Of a DNA stretch of 64,000 nt, positions 1 through 20,982 are shown piece by piece; the first letter of the stretch is position 1; every line of letters starts with the position of its first letter. The notes under the pieces are model-generated. The model searched no databases, was not told the DNA's origin, and saw nothing but the letters and a program-made list of their open reading frames with translations. The stretch is from the human T2T-CHM13v2.0 reference genome, Homo sapiens, in assembly GCF_009914755.1 (NCBI RefSeq), contig NC_060948.1; one strand, 5' to 3'. The position numbers and the translations under genes were made by a program.

Positions 1-1345
1 TATATGTTATATATCATATATAGAATATATTATACGGTTAATATACGTATTAAATATAAATTATACATTATATATATTATATATAATATATCTGTTATAT
101 ATAATACCCATTATGCATAATATATATATTATGTCTATGTTATATATAGTATAAAACAACAGATAATAATATATAATTGTATATATAAAATGCGACATAT
201 AATATATATTATATTTTATAACATATGTAATATATATTATATATTATATATAATACGTTGTATGTATAATACCTATATTAAATATATATTATATGACAAT
301 GTTATTAATTACATGTCACATGTGTTATATATTATATATTTTACATAGAATATACCGGTTACATACAATATATACTATGTTACCTATAATGTATAATTTA
401 TTACATGTAAAATAAAGAATGCAATATATTATGTATAATTTATAATATACAATATGTGGAATGTGATATATATAACATATAATATATGATATATGATATA
501 CAGTATATCATATATAACATACAATATATGATTCCTAATATATATGGTATACAATATATATTTTATGACATGTATTCTATATGTTTTATATTCTGTTATA
601 TATAACTATTTGAAATTATATATAACTGTATAATATTTTATGTAAATATGTAATATAATATATATAACTATATAATATATTATAGATAACTATATATTAT
701 GTTATATATACTTTTATAACATAATTTACATAAAATATCATAATATAATATATATTATATTATTTCATATTACATAATATATATTACATATCACCCAATA
801 TAACTAACATACATAATATTATAATATAGATTATATTATGTTATATTAAATATCATATATATCATGTATCATATATTCTATAATATATATTACACATTAT
901 ATAATATGTATGTTGTCTACTATGTGATATATATAACTCTATATATAATTATATTATTATACATATAACTAGATAAACATGTAATTCTACATATTTTCAT
1001 TTATAATATGTAGAATTATATAATCATATATAATTATTTATATTCTATAAAAAATTTTATCATTCTATAAATTATAATATATAAAAATTATCATATGTAC
1101 TACAAATATATATATTGTATATCATATATGATATAGTATCTTTGTTATATATCATAATACATATAAATGTGTATTATGTTATCTATAATTATATAATTTC
1201 ATATATAAGATGTATAATATGTATCATATATTATATATGTTATGTAATATATATAGTATATATAAGATGACACAGGATAAATATTATATACTATGACATA
1301 TAAAATATATGAGGTTATATGTTACATATAAGGCATAGCACATAA

Positions 1346-1644
<299 letters not shown>

Positions 1645-2220
1645 AGATCCATATTTTTTAAATGAAAAAAAATTTCAAAGGTACTCTGCTTGGTACAATA
1701 ATCTAATGTATAAAGTGAGGAATAAAACATAACCATGAAACCTACTTATAACTGCATATGGAAAATACAGAGGATAATTTTTTAAATAACATATTTTGAA
1801 AGCTTTAACTAGTAATTTGAAGAGTTGGCATTTGAAAGGCCAGTATGAATATACCTTCAAAGCAGCAACACAGGTTCCCCATGAGAAAAAGCAAACACAG
1901 GGAAAATAAAAACACAAAGGTTCAATCTCTTCTGACCTTTGAAAGACACAGCACAGACAGTGGTCCTTAGGACGAAGAGCAGGAGACCCTTAATTCCGTC
2001 ACCATGGCGATAGGGCATAAACATTGCTGGGTGAGGGCACAATCCACATTGTGAGGTCCAACTGCTGCCAGGAAGACAAGAGTGCTTTTACATAGACCGA
2101 AAGGTCATTGAAGGCTCAGAGTTTTGTTTCAAGAACTGAATCCCAAGCCCACACGTTATTAGGCTGCGCTTCTTAAAACAAGTTATGAGATGGGAAAAAG
2201 GGCACCCACAAACATACGTA
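1645..2220. repeat. HSATI-like segment of the DYZ2 unit (representative copy; follows every Alu)
   Basis: ~575-bp higher-complexity segment from agatccatat to cacaaacatacgta, nearly identical in all 26 units. Named from the known DYZ2 architecture, not from an alignment; boundaries are approximate. Confidence 0.75.
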
Positions 2221-4064
<1,844 letters not shown>

Positions 4065-6167
4065 AGATCCATATTTTTTAAATGAAAAAAAATTTCAAAG
4101 GTACTCTGCTTGGTACAATAATCAAATGTATAAACTGAGGAATGAAACATAACCATGAAACCTACTTATAACTGCATATGGAAAATACAGAGGATAATTT
4201 TTTAAATAACATATTTTGAAAGCCTTAACTAGTAATTTGAAGAGTTGGCATTTGAAAGGCCAGTATGAATATACCTTCAAAGCAGCAACACAGGTTCCCC
4301 ATGAGAAAAAGCAAACACAGGGAAAATAAAAACACAAAGGTTCAATCTCTTCTGACCTTTGAAAGACACAGCACAGACAGTGGTCCTTAGGACGAAGAGC
4401 AGGAGACCCCTAATTCCGTCACCATGGCGATAGGGCATAAACATTGCTGGGTGAGGGCACAATCCACATTGTGAGGTCCAACTGCTGCCAGGAAGACAGG
4501 AGTGCTTTTACATAGACCGAAAGGTCATTGAAGGCTCAGAGTTTTGTTTCAAGAACTGAATCCCAAGCCCACACGTTATTAGGCTGCGCTTCTTAAAACA
4601 AGTTATGAGATGGGAAAAAGGGCACCCACAAACATACGTATACATTATGTATATAATAATATACCGTATCATATATATAATATATATAACCTATGTATAA
4701 TATTGTTTTACATCCTGCATCTTATGTTATATATATTGTATAAAATATAATAATTGATAATATATAAGTTTTATATTTATACAATATGACATATAGTATA
4801 TATTATAATTTATGACATATATAATATATGTTATATGTCATATATAGAATATATTATACGGTTAATATGCGTATTAAATATAAATTATACATTATATATA
4901 TTATATATAATATATCTGTTATATATAATACCCATTATGCATAATATATATATTATGTCTATGTTATATATAGTATAAAACAACATATAATAATATATAA
5001 TTGTATATATAAAATGCGACATATAATATATATTATATTTTATAACATATGTAATATATATTATATATTATATATAATACGTTGCATGTATAATACCTAT
5101 ATTAAATATATATTATATGACTATGTTATTAATTACATGTCACATGTCTTATATATTATATATTTTACATAGAATATACCGCTTACATACAATATATACT
5201 GTTACCTATAATGTATAATTTATTACATGTAAAATAAAGAATGCAATATATTATGTATAATTTATAATATACAATATGTGGAATGTGATATATATAACAT
5301 ATAATATATGATATATGATATACAGTATATGATATATAACATACAATATATGATTCCTAATATATATGGTATACAATATATATTTTATGACATGTATTCT
5401 ATATGTTTTATATTCTGTTATATATAACTATTTGAAATTATATAGAACTGTATAATATTTTATGTAAATATGTAATATAATATATATAACTATATAATAT
5501 ATTATAGATAACTATATATTATGTTATATATACTTTTATAACATAATTTACATAAAATATCATAATATAATATATATTATATTATTTCATATTACATAAT
5601 ATATATTACATATCACCCAATATAACTAACATACATAATATTATAATATAGATTATATTATGTTATATTAAATATCATATATATCATGTATCATATATTC
5701 TATAATATATATTACACATTATATAATATGTATGTTGTGTACTATGTGATATATATAACTCTATATATAATTATATTATTATACATATAACTAGATAAAC
5801 ATGTAATTCTACATATTTTCATTTATAATATGTAGAATTATATAATCATATATAATTATTTATATTCTATAAAAAATTTTATCATTCTATAAATTATAAT
5901 ATATAAAAATTATCATATGTACTACAAATATATATATTGTATATCATATATGATATAGTACCTGTGTTATATATCATAATACATATAAATGTGTATTATG
6001 TTATCTATAATTATATAATTTCATATATAAGATGTATAATATGTATCATATATTATATATGTTATGTAATATATATAGTATATATAAGATGACACAGGAT
6101 AAATATTATATACTATGACATATAAAATATATGAGGTTATATGTTACATATAAGGCATAGCACATAA

Positions 6168-6482
<315 letters not shown>

Positions 6483-8587
6483 AGATCCATATTTTTTAAA
6501 TGAAAAAAAATTTCAAAGGTACTCTGCTTGGTACAATAATCAAATGTATAAACTGAGGAATAAAACATAACCATGAAACCTACTTATAACTGCATATGGA
6601 AAATACAGAGGATAATTTTTTAAATAACATATTTTGAAAGCCTTAACTAGTAATTTGAAGAGCTGGCATTTGAAAGGCCAGTATGAATATACCTTCAAAG
6701 CAGCAACACAGGTTCCCCATGAGAAAAAGCAAACACAGGGAAAATAAAAACACAAAGGTTCAATCTCTTCTGACCTTTGAAAGACACAGCACAGACAGTG
6801 GTCCTTAGGACGAAGAGCAGGAGACCCCTAATTCCGTCACCATGGCGATAGGGCATAAACATTGCTGGGTGAGGGCACAATCCACATTGTGAGGTCCAAC
6901 TGCTGCCAGGAAGACAGGAGTGCTTTTACATAGACCGAAAGGTCATTGAAGGCTCAGAGTTTTGTTTCAAGAACTGAATCCCAAGCCCACACGTTATTAG
7001 GCTGCGCTTCTTAAAACAAGTTATGAGATGGGAAAAAGGGCACCCACAAACATACGTATACATTATGTATATAATAATATACAGTATCATATATATAATA
7101 TATATAACCTATGTATAATATTGTTTTACATCCTGCATCTTATGTTATATATATTGTATAAAATATAATAATTGATAATATATAAGTTTTATATTTATAC
7201 AATATGACATATAGTATATATTATAATTTATGACATATATAATATATGTTATATATCATATATAGAATATATTATACGGTTAATATACGTATTAAATATA
7301 AATTATACATTATATATATTATATATAATATATCTGTTATATATAATACCCAATATGCATAATATATATATTATGTCTATGTTATATATAGTATAAAACA
7401 ACAGATAATAATATATAATTGTATATATAAAATGCGACATATAATATATATTATATTTTATAACATATGTAATATATATTATATATTATATATAATACGT
7501 TGTATGTATAATACCTATATTAAATATATATTATATGACTATGTTATTAATTACATGTCACATGTGTTATATATTATATATTTTACATAGAATATACCGG
7601 TTACATACAATATATACTATGTTACCTATAATGTATAATTTATTACATGTAAAATAAAGAATGCAATATATTATGTATAATTTATAATATACAATATGTG
7701 GAATGTGATATATGTAACATATAATATATGATATATGATATACAGTATATGATATATAACATACAATATATGATTCCTAATATATATGGTATACAATATA
7801 TATTTTATGACATGTATTCTATATGTTTTATATTCTGTTATATATAACTATTTGAAATTATATATAACTGTATAATATTTTATGTAAATATGTAATATAA
7901 TATATATAACTATATAATATATTATAGATAACTATATATTATGTTATATATACTTTTATAACATAATTTACATAAAATATCATAATATAATATATATTAT
8001 ATTATTTCATATTACATAATATATATTACATATCACCCAATATAACTAACATACATAATATTATAATATAGATTATATTATGTTATATTAAATATCATAT
8101 ATATCATGTATCATATATTCTATAATATATATTACACATTATATAATATGTATGTTGTCTACTATGTGATATATATAACTCTATATATAATTATATTATT
8201 ATACATATAACTAGATAAACATGTAATTCTACATATTTTCATTTATAATATGTAGAATTATATAATCATATATAATTATTTATATTCTATAAAAAATTTT
8301 ATCATTCTATAAATTATAATATATAAAAATTATCATATGTACTACAAATATATATATTGTATATCATATATGATATAGTACCTTTGTTATATATCATAAT
8401 ACATATAAATGTGTATTATGTTATCTATAATTATATAATTTCATATATAAGATGTATAATATGTATCATATATTATATATGTTATGTAATATATATAGTA
8501 TATATAAGATGACACAGGATAAATATTATATACTATGACATATAAAATATATGAGGTTATATGTTACATATAAGGCATAGCACATAA

Positions 8588-8902
<315 letters not shown>

Positions 8903-11005
8903 AGATCCATATTTTTTAAATGAAAAAAAATTTCAAAGGTACTCTGCTTGGTACAATAATCAAATGTATAAACTGAGGAATAAAACATAACCATGAAACC
9001 TACTTATAACGGCATATGGAAAATACAGAGGATAATTTTTTAAATAACATATTTTGAAAGCCTTAACTAGTAATTTGAAGAGCTGGCATTTGAAAGGCCA
9101 GTATGAATATACCTTCAAAGCAGCAACACAGGTTCCCCATGAGAAAAAGCAAACACAGGGAAAATAAAAACACAAAGGTTCAATCTCTTCTGACCTTTGA
9201 AAGACACAGCACAGACAGTGGTCCTTAGGACGAAGAGCAGGAGACCCCTAATTCCGTCACCATGGCGATAGGGCATAAACATTGCTGGGTGAGGGCACAA
9301 TCCACATTGTGAGGTCCAACTGCTGCCAGGAAGACAGGAGTGCTTTTACATAGACCGAAAGGTCATTGAAGGCTCAGAGTTTTGTTTCAAGAACTGAATC
9401 CCAAGCCCACACGTTATTAGGCTGCGCTTCTTAAAACAAGTTATGAGATGGGAAAAAGGGCACCCACAAACATACGTATACATTATGTATATAATAATAT
9501 ACAGTATCATATATATAATATATATAACCTATGTATAATATTGTTTTACATCCTGCATCTTGTTATATATATTGTATAAAATATAATAATTGATAATATA
9601 TAAGTTTTATATTTATACAATATGACATATAGTATATATTATAATTTATGACATATATAATATATGTTATATATCATATATAGAATATATTATACGGTTA
9701 ATATACGTATTAAATATAAATTATACATTATATATATTATATATAATATATCTGTTATATATAATACCCATTATGCATGATATATATATTATGTCTATGT
9801 TATATATAGTATAAAACAACATATAATAATATATAATTGTATATATAAAATGCGACATATAATATATATTATATTTTATAACATATGTAATATATATTAT
9901 ATATTATATATAATACGTTGTATGTATAATACCTATATTAAATATATATTATATGACTATGTTATTAATTACATGTCACATGTGTTATATATTATATATT
10001 TTACATAGAATATACCGGTTACATACAATATATACTATGTTACCTATAATGTATAATTTATTACATGTAAAATAAAGAATGCAATATATTATGCATAATT
10101 TATAATATACAATATGTGGAATGTGATATATATAACATATAATATATGATATATGATATACAGTATATGATATATAACATACAATATATGATTCCTAATA
10201 TATATGGTATACAATATATATTTTATGACATGTATTCTATATGTTTTATATTCTGTTATATATAACTATTTGAAATTATATATAACTGTATAATATTTTA
10301 TGTAAATATGTAATATAATATATATAACTATATAATATATTATAGATAACTATATATTATGTTATATATACTTTTATAACATAATTTACATCAAATATCA
10401 TAATATAATATATATTATATTATTTCATATTACATAATATATATTACATATCACCCAATATAACTAACATACATAATATTATAATATAGATTATATTATG
10501 TTATATTAAATATCATATATATCATGTATCATATATTCTATAATATATATTACACATTATATAATATGTATGTTGTCTATTATGTGATATATATAACTCT
10601 ATATATAATTATATTATTATACATATAACTAGATAAACATGTAATTCTACATATTTTCATTTATAATATGTAGAATTATATAATCATATATAATTATTTA
10701 TATTCTATAAAAAATTTTATCATTATATAAATTATAATATATAAAAATTATAATATGTACTACAAATATATATATTATATATCATATATGATATAGTACC
10801 TTTGTTATATATCATAATACATATAAATGTGTATTAAGTTATCTATAATTATATAATTTCATATATAAGATGTATAATATGTATCATATATTATATATGT
10901 TATGTAATATATATAGTATATATAAGATGACACAGGATAAATATTATATACTATGACATATAAAATATATGAGGTTATATGTTACATATAAGGCATAGCA
11001 CATAA

Positions 11006-11320
<315 letters not shown>

Positions 11321-13425
11321 AGATCCATATTTTTTAAATGAAAAAAAATTTCAAAGGTACTCTGCTTGGTACAATAATCAAATGTATAAACTGAGGAATG
11401 AAACATAACCATGAAACCTACTTATAACTGCATATGGAAAATACAGAGGATAATTTTTTAAATAACATATTTTGAAAGCCTTAACTAGTAATTTGAAGAG
11501 TTGGCATTTGAAAGGCCAGTATGAATATACCTTCAAAGCAGCAACACAGGTTCCCCATGAGAAAAAGCAAACACAGGGAAAATAAAAACACAAAGGTTCA
11601 ATCTCTTCTGACCTTTGAAAGACACAGCACAGACAGTGGTCCTTAGGACGAAGAGCAGGAGACCCCTAATTCCGTCACCATGGCGATAGGGCATAAACAT
11701 TGCTGGGTGAGGGCACAATCCACATTGTGAGGTCCAACTGCTGCCAGGAAGACAGGAGTGCTTTTACATAGACCGAAAGGTCATTGAAGGCTCAGAGTTT
11801 TGTTTCAAGAACTGAATCCCAAGCCCACACGTTATTCGGCTGCGCTTCTTAAAACAAGTTATGAGATGGGAAAAAGGGCACCCACAAACATACGTATACA
11901 TTATGTATATAATAATATACAGTGTCATATATATAATATATATAACCTATGTATAATATTGTTTTACATCCTGCATCTTATGTTATATATATTGTATAAA
12001 ATATAATAATTGATAATATATAAGTTTTATATTTATACAATATGACATATAGTATATATTATAATTTATGACATATATAATATATGTTATATATCATATA
12101 TAGAATATATTATACGGTTAATATACGTATTAAATATAAATTATACATTATATATATTATATATAATATATCTGTTATATATAATACCCATTATGCATGA
12201 TATATATATTATGTCTATGTTATATATAGTATAAAACAACATATAATAATATATAATTGTATATATAAAATGCGACATATAATATATATTATATTTTATA
12301 ACATATGTAATATATATTATATATTATATATAATACGTTGTATGTATAATACCTATATTAAATATATATTATATGACTATGTTATTAATTACATGTCACA
12401 TGTGTTATATATTATATATTTTACATAGAATATACCGGTTACATACAATATATACTATGTTACCTATAATGTATAATTTATTACATGTAAAATAAAGAAT
12501 GCAATATATTATTTATAATTTATAATATACCATATGTGGAATGTGATATATATAACATATAATATATGATATATGATATACAGTATATGATATATAACAT
12601 ACAATATATGATTCCTAATATATATGGTATACAATATATATTTTATGATATGTATTCTATATGTTTTATATTCTGTTATATATAACTATTTGAAATTATA
12701 TATAACTGTATAATATTTTATGTAAATATGTAATATAATATATATAACTATATAATATATTATATATAACTATATATTATGTTATATATACTTTTATAAC
12801 ATAATTTACATAAAATATCATAATATAATATATATTATATTATTTCATATTACATAATATATATTACATATCACCCAATATAAGTAACATACATAATATT
12901 ATAATATAGATTATATTATGTTATATTAAATATCATATATGTCATGTATCATATATTCTATAATATATATTACACATTATATAATATGTATGTTGTCTAT
13001 TATGTGATATATATAACTATATATATAATTATATTATTATACATATAACTAGATAAACATGTAATTCTACATATTTTCATTTATAATATGTAGAATTATA
13101 TAATCATATATAATTATTTATATTCTATAAAAAATTTTATCATTATATAAATTATAATATATAAAAATTATAATATGTACTACAAATATATATATTATAT
13201 ATCATATATGATATAGTACATTTGTTATATATCATAATACATATAAATGTGTATTAAGTTATCTATAATTATATAATTTCATATATATGATGTATAATAT
13301 GTATCATATATTATATATGTTATGTAATATATATAGTATATATAAGATGATACAGGATAAATATTATATACTATGACATATAAAATATATGAGGTTATAC
13401 GTTACATATAAGGCATAGCACATAA

Positions 13426-13740
<315 letters not shown>

Positions 13741-15845
13741 AGATCCATATTTTTTAAATGAAAAAAAATTTCAAAGGTACTCTGCTTGGTACAATAATCA
13801 AATGTATAAACTGAGGAATGAAACATAACCATGAAACCTACTTATAACTGCATATGGAAAATACAGAGGATAATTTTTTAAATAACATATTTTGAAAGCC
13901 TTAACTAGTAATTTGAAGAGTTGGCATTTGAAAGGCCAGTATGAATATACCTTCAAAGCAGCAACACAGGTTCCCCATGAGAAAAAGCAAACACAGGGAA
14001 AATAAAAACACAAAGGTTCAATCTCTTCTGACCTTTGAAAGACACAGCACAGACAGTGGTCCTTAGGACGAAGAGCAGGAGACCCCTAATTCCGTCACCA
14101 TGGCGATAGGGCATAAACATTGCTGGGTGAGGGCACAATCCACATTGTGAGGTCCAACTGCTGCCAGGAAGACAGGAGTGCTTTTACATAGACCGAAAGG
14201 TCATTGAAGGCTCAGAGTTTTGTTTCAAGAACTGAATCCCAAGCCCACACGTTATTAGGCTGCGCTTCTTAAAACAAGTTATGAGATGGGAAAAAGGGCA
14301 CCCACAAACATACGTATACATTATGTATATAATAATATACAGTATCATATATATAATATATATAACCTATGTATAATATTGTTTTACATCCTGCATCTTA
14401 TGTTATATATATTGTATAAAATATAATAATTGATAATATATAAGTTTTATAATTATACAATATGACATATAGTATATATTATAATGTATGACATATATAA
14501 TATATGTTATATGTCATATATAGAATATATTATACGGTTAATATGCGTATTAAATATAAATTATACATTATATATATTATATATAATATATCTGTTATAT
14601 ATAATACCCATTATGCATAATATATATATTATGTCTATGTTATATATAGTATAAAACAACATATAATAATATATAATTGTATATATAAAATGCGACATAT
14701 AATATATATTATATTTTATAACATATGTAATATATATTATATATTATATATAATACGTTGCATGTATAATACCTATATTAAATATATATTATATGACTAT
14801 GTTATTAATTACATGTCACATGTCTTATATATTATATATTTTACATAGAATATACCGCTTACATACAATATATACTATGTTACCTATAATGTATAATTTA
14901 TTACATGTAAAATAAAGAATGCAATATATTATGTATAATTTATAATATACAATATGTGGAATGTGATATATATAACATATAATATATGATATATGATATA
15001 CAGTATATGATATATAACATACAATATATGATTCCTAATATATATGGTATACAATATATATTTTATGACATGTATTCTATATGTTTTATATTCTGTTATA
15101 TATAACTATTTGAAATTATATAGAACTGTATAATATTTTATGTAAATATGTAATATAATATATATAACTATATAATATATTATAGATAACTATATATTAT
15201 GTTATATATACTTTTATAACATAATTTACATAAAATATCATAATATAATATATATTATATTATTTCATATTACATAATATATATTACATATCACCCAATA
15301 TAACTAACATACATAATATTATAATATAGATTATATTATGTTATATTAAATATCATATATATCATGTATCATATATTCTATAATATATATTACACATTAT
15401 ATAATATGTATGTTGTCTACTATGTGATATATATAACTCTATATATAATTATATTATTATACATATAACTAGATAAACATGTAATTCTACATATTTTCAT
15501 TTATAATATGTAGAATTATATAATCATATATAATTATTTATATTCTATAAAAAATTTTATCATTCTATAAATTATAATATATAAAAATTATCATATGTAC
15601 TACAAATATATATATTGTATATCATATATGATATATTACCTTTGTTATATATCATAATACATATAAATGTGTATTATGTTATCTATAATTATATAATTTC
15701 ATATATAAGATGTATAATATGTATCATATATTATATATGTTATGTAATATATATAGTATATATAAGATGACACAGGATAAATATTATATACTATGACATA
15801 TAAAATATATGAGGTTATATGTTACATATAAGGCATAGCACATAA

Positions 15846-16160
<315 letters not shown>

Positions 16161-18288
16161 AGATCCATATTTTTTAAATGAAAAAAAATTTCAAAGGTAC
16201 TCTGCTTGGTACAATAATCAAATGTATAAACTGAGGAATAAAACATAACCATGAAACCTACTTATAACGGCATATGGAAAATACAGAGGATAATTTTTTA
16301 AATAACATATTTTGAAAGCCTTAACTAGTAATTTGAAGAGCTGGCATTTGAAAGGCCAGTATGAATATACCTTCAAAGCAGCAACACAGGTTCCCCATGA
16401 GAAAAAGCAAACACAGGGAAAATAAAAACACAAAGGTTCAATCTCTTCTGACCTTTGAAAGACACAGCACAGACAGTGGTCCTTAGGACGAAGAGCAGGA
16501 GACCCCTAATTCCGTCACCATGGCGATAGGGCATAAACATTGCTGGGTGAGGGCACAATCCACATTGTGAGGTCCAACTGCTGCCAGGAAGACAGGAGTG
16601 CTTTTACATAGACCGAAAGGTCATTGAAGGCTCAGAGTTTTGTTTCAAGAACTGAATCCCAAGCCCACACGTTATTAGGCTGCGCTTCTTAAAACAAGTT
16701 ATGAGATGGGAAAAAGGGCACCCACAAACATACGTATACATTATGTATATAATAATATACAGTATCATATATATAATATATATAACCTATGTATAATATT
16801 GTTTTACATCCTGCATCTTATGTTATATATATTGTATAAAATATAATAATTGATAATATATAAGTTTTATATTTATACAATATGACATATAGTATATATT
16901 ATAATTTATGACATATATAATATATGTTATATATCATATATAGAATATATTATACGGTTAATATACGTATTAAATATAAATTATACATTATATATATTAT
17001 ATATAATATATCTGTTATATATAATACCCATTATGCATAATATATATATTATGTCTATGTTATATATAGTATAAAACAACAGATAATAATATATAATTGT
17101 ATATATAAAATGCGACATATAATATATATTATATTTTATAACATATGTAATATATATTATATATTATATATAATACGTTGTATGTATAATACCTATATTA
17201 AATATATATTATATGACTATGTTATTAATTACACGTCACATGTGTTATATATTATATATTTTACATAGAATATACCGGTTACATACAATATATACTATGT
17301 TACCTATAATGTATAATTTATTACATGTAAAATAAAGAATGCAATATATTATGTATAATTTATAATATACAATATGTGGAATGTGATATATATAACATAT
17401 AATATATGATATATGATATACAGTATATGATATATAACATACAATATATGATTCCTAATATATATGGTATACAATATATATTTTATGACATGTATTCTAT
17501 ATGTTTTATATTCTGTTATATATAACTATTTGAAATTATATATAACTGTATAATATTTTATGTAAATATGTAATATAATATATATAACTATATAATATAT
17601 TATAGATAACTACATATTATGTTATATATACTTTTATAACATAATTTACATAAAATATCATAATATAATATATATTATATTATTTCATATTACATAATAT
17701 ATATTACATATCACCCAATATAACTAACATACATAATATTATAATATAGATTATATTATGTTATATTAAATATCATATATATCATGTATCATATATTCTA
17801 TAGTATATATTACACATTATATAATATGTATGTTGTGTACTATGTGATATATATAACTCTATATATAATTATATTATTATACATATAACTAGATAAACAT
17901 GTAATTCTACATATTTTCATTTATAATATGTAGAATTATATAATCATATATAATTATTTATATTCTATAAAAAATTTTATCATTCTATAAATTATAATAT
18001 ATAAAAATTATCATATGTACTACAAATATATATATTGTATATCATATATGATATAGTACCTTTGTTATATATCATAATACATATAAATGTGTATTATGTT
18101 ATCTATAATTATATAATTTCATATATAAGATGTATAATATGTATCATATATTATATATGTTATGTAATATATATAGTATATATAAGATGACACAGGATAA
18201 ATATTATATACTATGACATATAAAATATATGAGGTTATATGTTACATATAAGGCATAGCACATAACATGTAATATATATCATATATAA

Positions 18289-18580
18289 TTTTTTTTTAGA
18301 CAGAATCTTGTCCTGTTGCACAGGGTGGGGTACAATGGCGCCATCTTTGCTCACTGCAACTTCTGCCTCACGGGTCCAAGCGATTGCCCTCCCTCAGCCT
18401 CCCAGGTAGCTGGGACTACACCACACTGGGACTACACCAGCTGCCACCATGCCTAGCTAATTTTTTGGATTTTTAGTAGTGACAGCGTTTCACTGTATTG
18501 GCCAGGATGGTCTTGATCTCTTCACCTTGTGATCCCCTTGCCTTGGCCTCCAAATTTGCTGGGATTACAGGCCTGAGCCA
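18289..18580 (-). mobile_element. Alu relic, U8, long form
   Basis: Same motifs as U2; attgccct variant shared with U14. Confidence 0.93.
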
Positions 18581-20706
18581 AGATCCATATTTTTTAAATG
18601 AAAAAAAATTTCAAAGGTACTCTGCTTGGTACAATAATCAAATGTATAAACTGAGGAATAAAACATAACCATGAAACCTACTTATAACTGCATATGGAAA
18701 ATACAGAGGATAATTTTTTAAATAACATATTTTGAAAGCCTTAACTAGTAATTTGAAGAGTTGGCATTTGAAAGGCCAGTATGAATATACCTTCAAAGCA
18801 GCAACACAGGTTCCCCATGAGAAAAAGCAAACACAGGGAAAATAAAAACACAAAGGTTCAATCTCTTCTGACCTTTGAAAGACACAGCACAGACAGTGGT
18901 CCTTAGGACGAAGAGCAGGAGACCCCTAATTCCGTCACCATGGCGATAGGGCATAAACATTGCTGGGTGAGGGCACAATCCACATTGTGAGGTCCAACTG
19001 CTGCCAGGAAGACAGGAGTGCTTTTACATAGACCGAAAGGTCATTGAAGGCTCAGAGTTTTGTTTCAAGAACTGAATCCCAAGCCCACACGTTATTCGGC
19101 TGCGCTTCTTAAAACAAGTTATGAGATGGGAAAAAGGGCACCCACAAACATACGTATACATTATGTATATAATAATATACAGTATCATATATATAATATA
19201 TATAACCTATGTATAATATTGTTTTACATCCTGCATCTTGTTATATATATTGTATAAAATATAATAATTGATAATATATAAGTTTTATATTTATACAATA
19301 TGACATATAGTATATATTATAATTTATGACATATATAATATATGTTATATATCATATATAGAATATATTATACGGTTAATATACGTATTAAATATAAATT
19401 ATACATTATATATATTATATATAATATATCTGTTATATATAATACCCATTATGCATAATATATATATTATGTCTATGTTATATATAGTATAAAACAACAG
19501 ATAATAATATATAATTGTATATATAAAATGCGACATATAATATATATTATATTTTATAACATATGTAATATATATTATATATTATATATAATACGTTGTA
19601 TGTATAATACCTATATTAAATATATATTATATGACAATGTTATTAATTACATGTCACATGTGTTATATATTATATATTTTACATAGAATATACCGGTTAC
19701 ATACAATATATACTATGTTACCTATAATGTATAATTTATTACATGTAAAATAAAGAATGCAATATATTATGTATAGTTTATAATATACAATATGTGGAAT
19801 GTGATATATATAACATATAATATATGATATATGATATACAGTATATCATATATAACATACAATATATGATTCCTAATATATATGGTATACAATATATATT
19901 TTATGACATGTATTCTATATGTTTTATATTCTGTTATATATAACTATTTGAAATTATATATAACTGTATAATATTTTATGTAAATATGTAATATAATATA
20001 TATAACTATATAATATATTATAGATAACTATATATTATGTTATATATACTTTTATAACATAATTTACATAAAATATCATAATATAATATATATTATATTA
20101 TTTCATATTACATAATATATATTACATATCACCCAATATAACTAACATACATAATATTATAATATAGATTATATTATGTTATATTAAATATCATATATAT
20201 CATGTATCATATATTCTATAATATATATTACACATTATATAATATGTATGTTGTCTACTATGTGATATATATAACTCTATATATAATTATATTATTATAC
20301 ATATAACTAGATAAACATGTAATTCTACATATTTTCATTTATAATATGTAGAATTATATAATCATATATAATTATTTATATTCTATAAAAAATTTTATCA
20401 TTCTATAAATTATAATATATAAAAATTATCATATGTACTACAAATATATATATTGTATATCATATATGATATAGTATCTTTGTTATATATCATAATACAT
20501 ATAAATGTGTATTATGTTATCTATAATTATATAATTTCATATGTAAGATGTATAATATGTATCATATATTATATATGTTATGTAATATATATAGTATATA
20601 TAAGATGACACAGGATAAATATTATATACTATGACATATAAAATATATGAGGTTATATGTTACATATAAGGCATAGCACATAACATGTAATATATATCAT
20701 ATATAA

Positions 20707-20982
20707 TTTTTTTTTAGACAGAATCTTGTCCTGTTGCACAGAGTGGGGTACAATGGCGCCATCTTTGCTCACTGCAACTTCTGCCTCACGGGTCCAAGCG
20801 ATTGTCCTCCCTCAGCCTCCCAGGTAGCTGGGACTACACCAGCTGCCACCATGCCTAGCTAATTTTTTGGATTTTTAGTAGTGACAGCGTTTCACTGTAT
20901 TGGCCAGGATGGTCTTGATCTCTTCACCTTGTGATCCCCTTGCCTTGGCCTCCAAATTTGCTGGGATTACAGTCCTGAGCCA
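20707..20982 (-). mobile_element. Alu relic, U9, short form
   Basis: Single ctgggactacacca; acagtcctga. Confidence 0.93.
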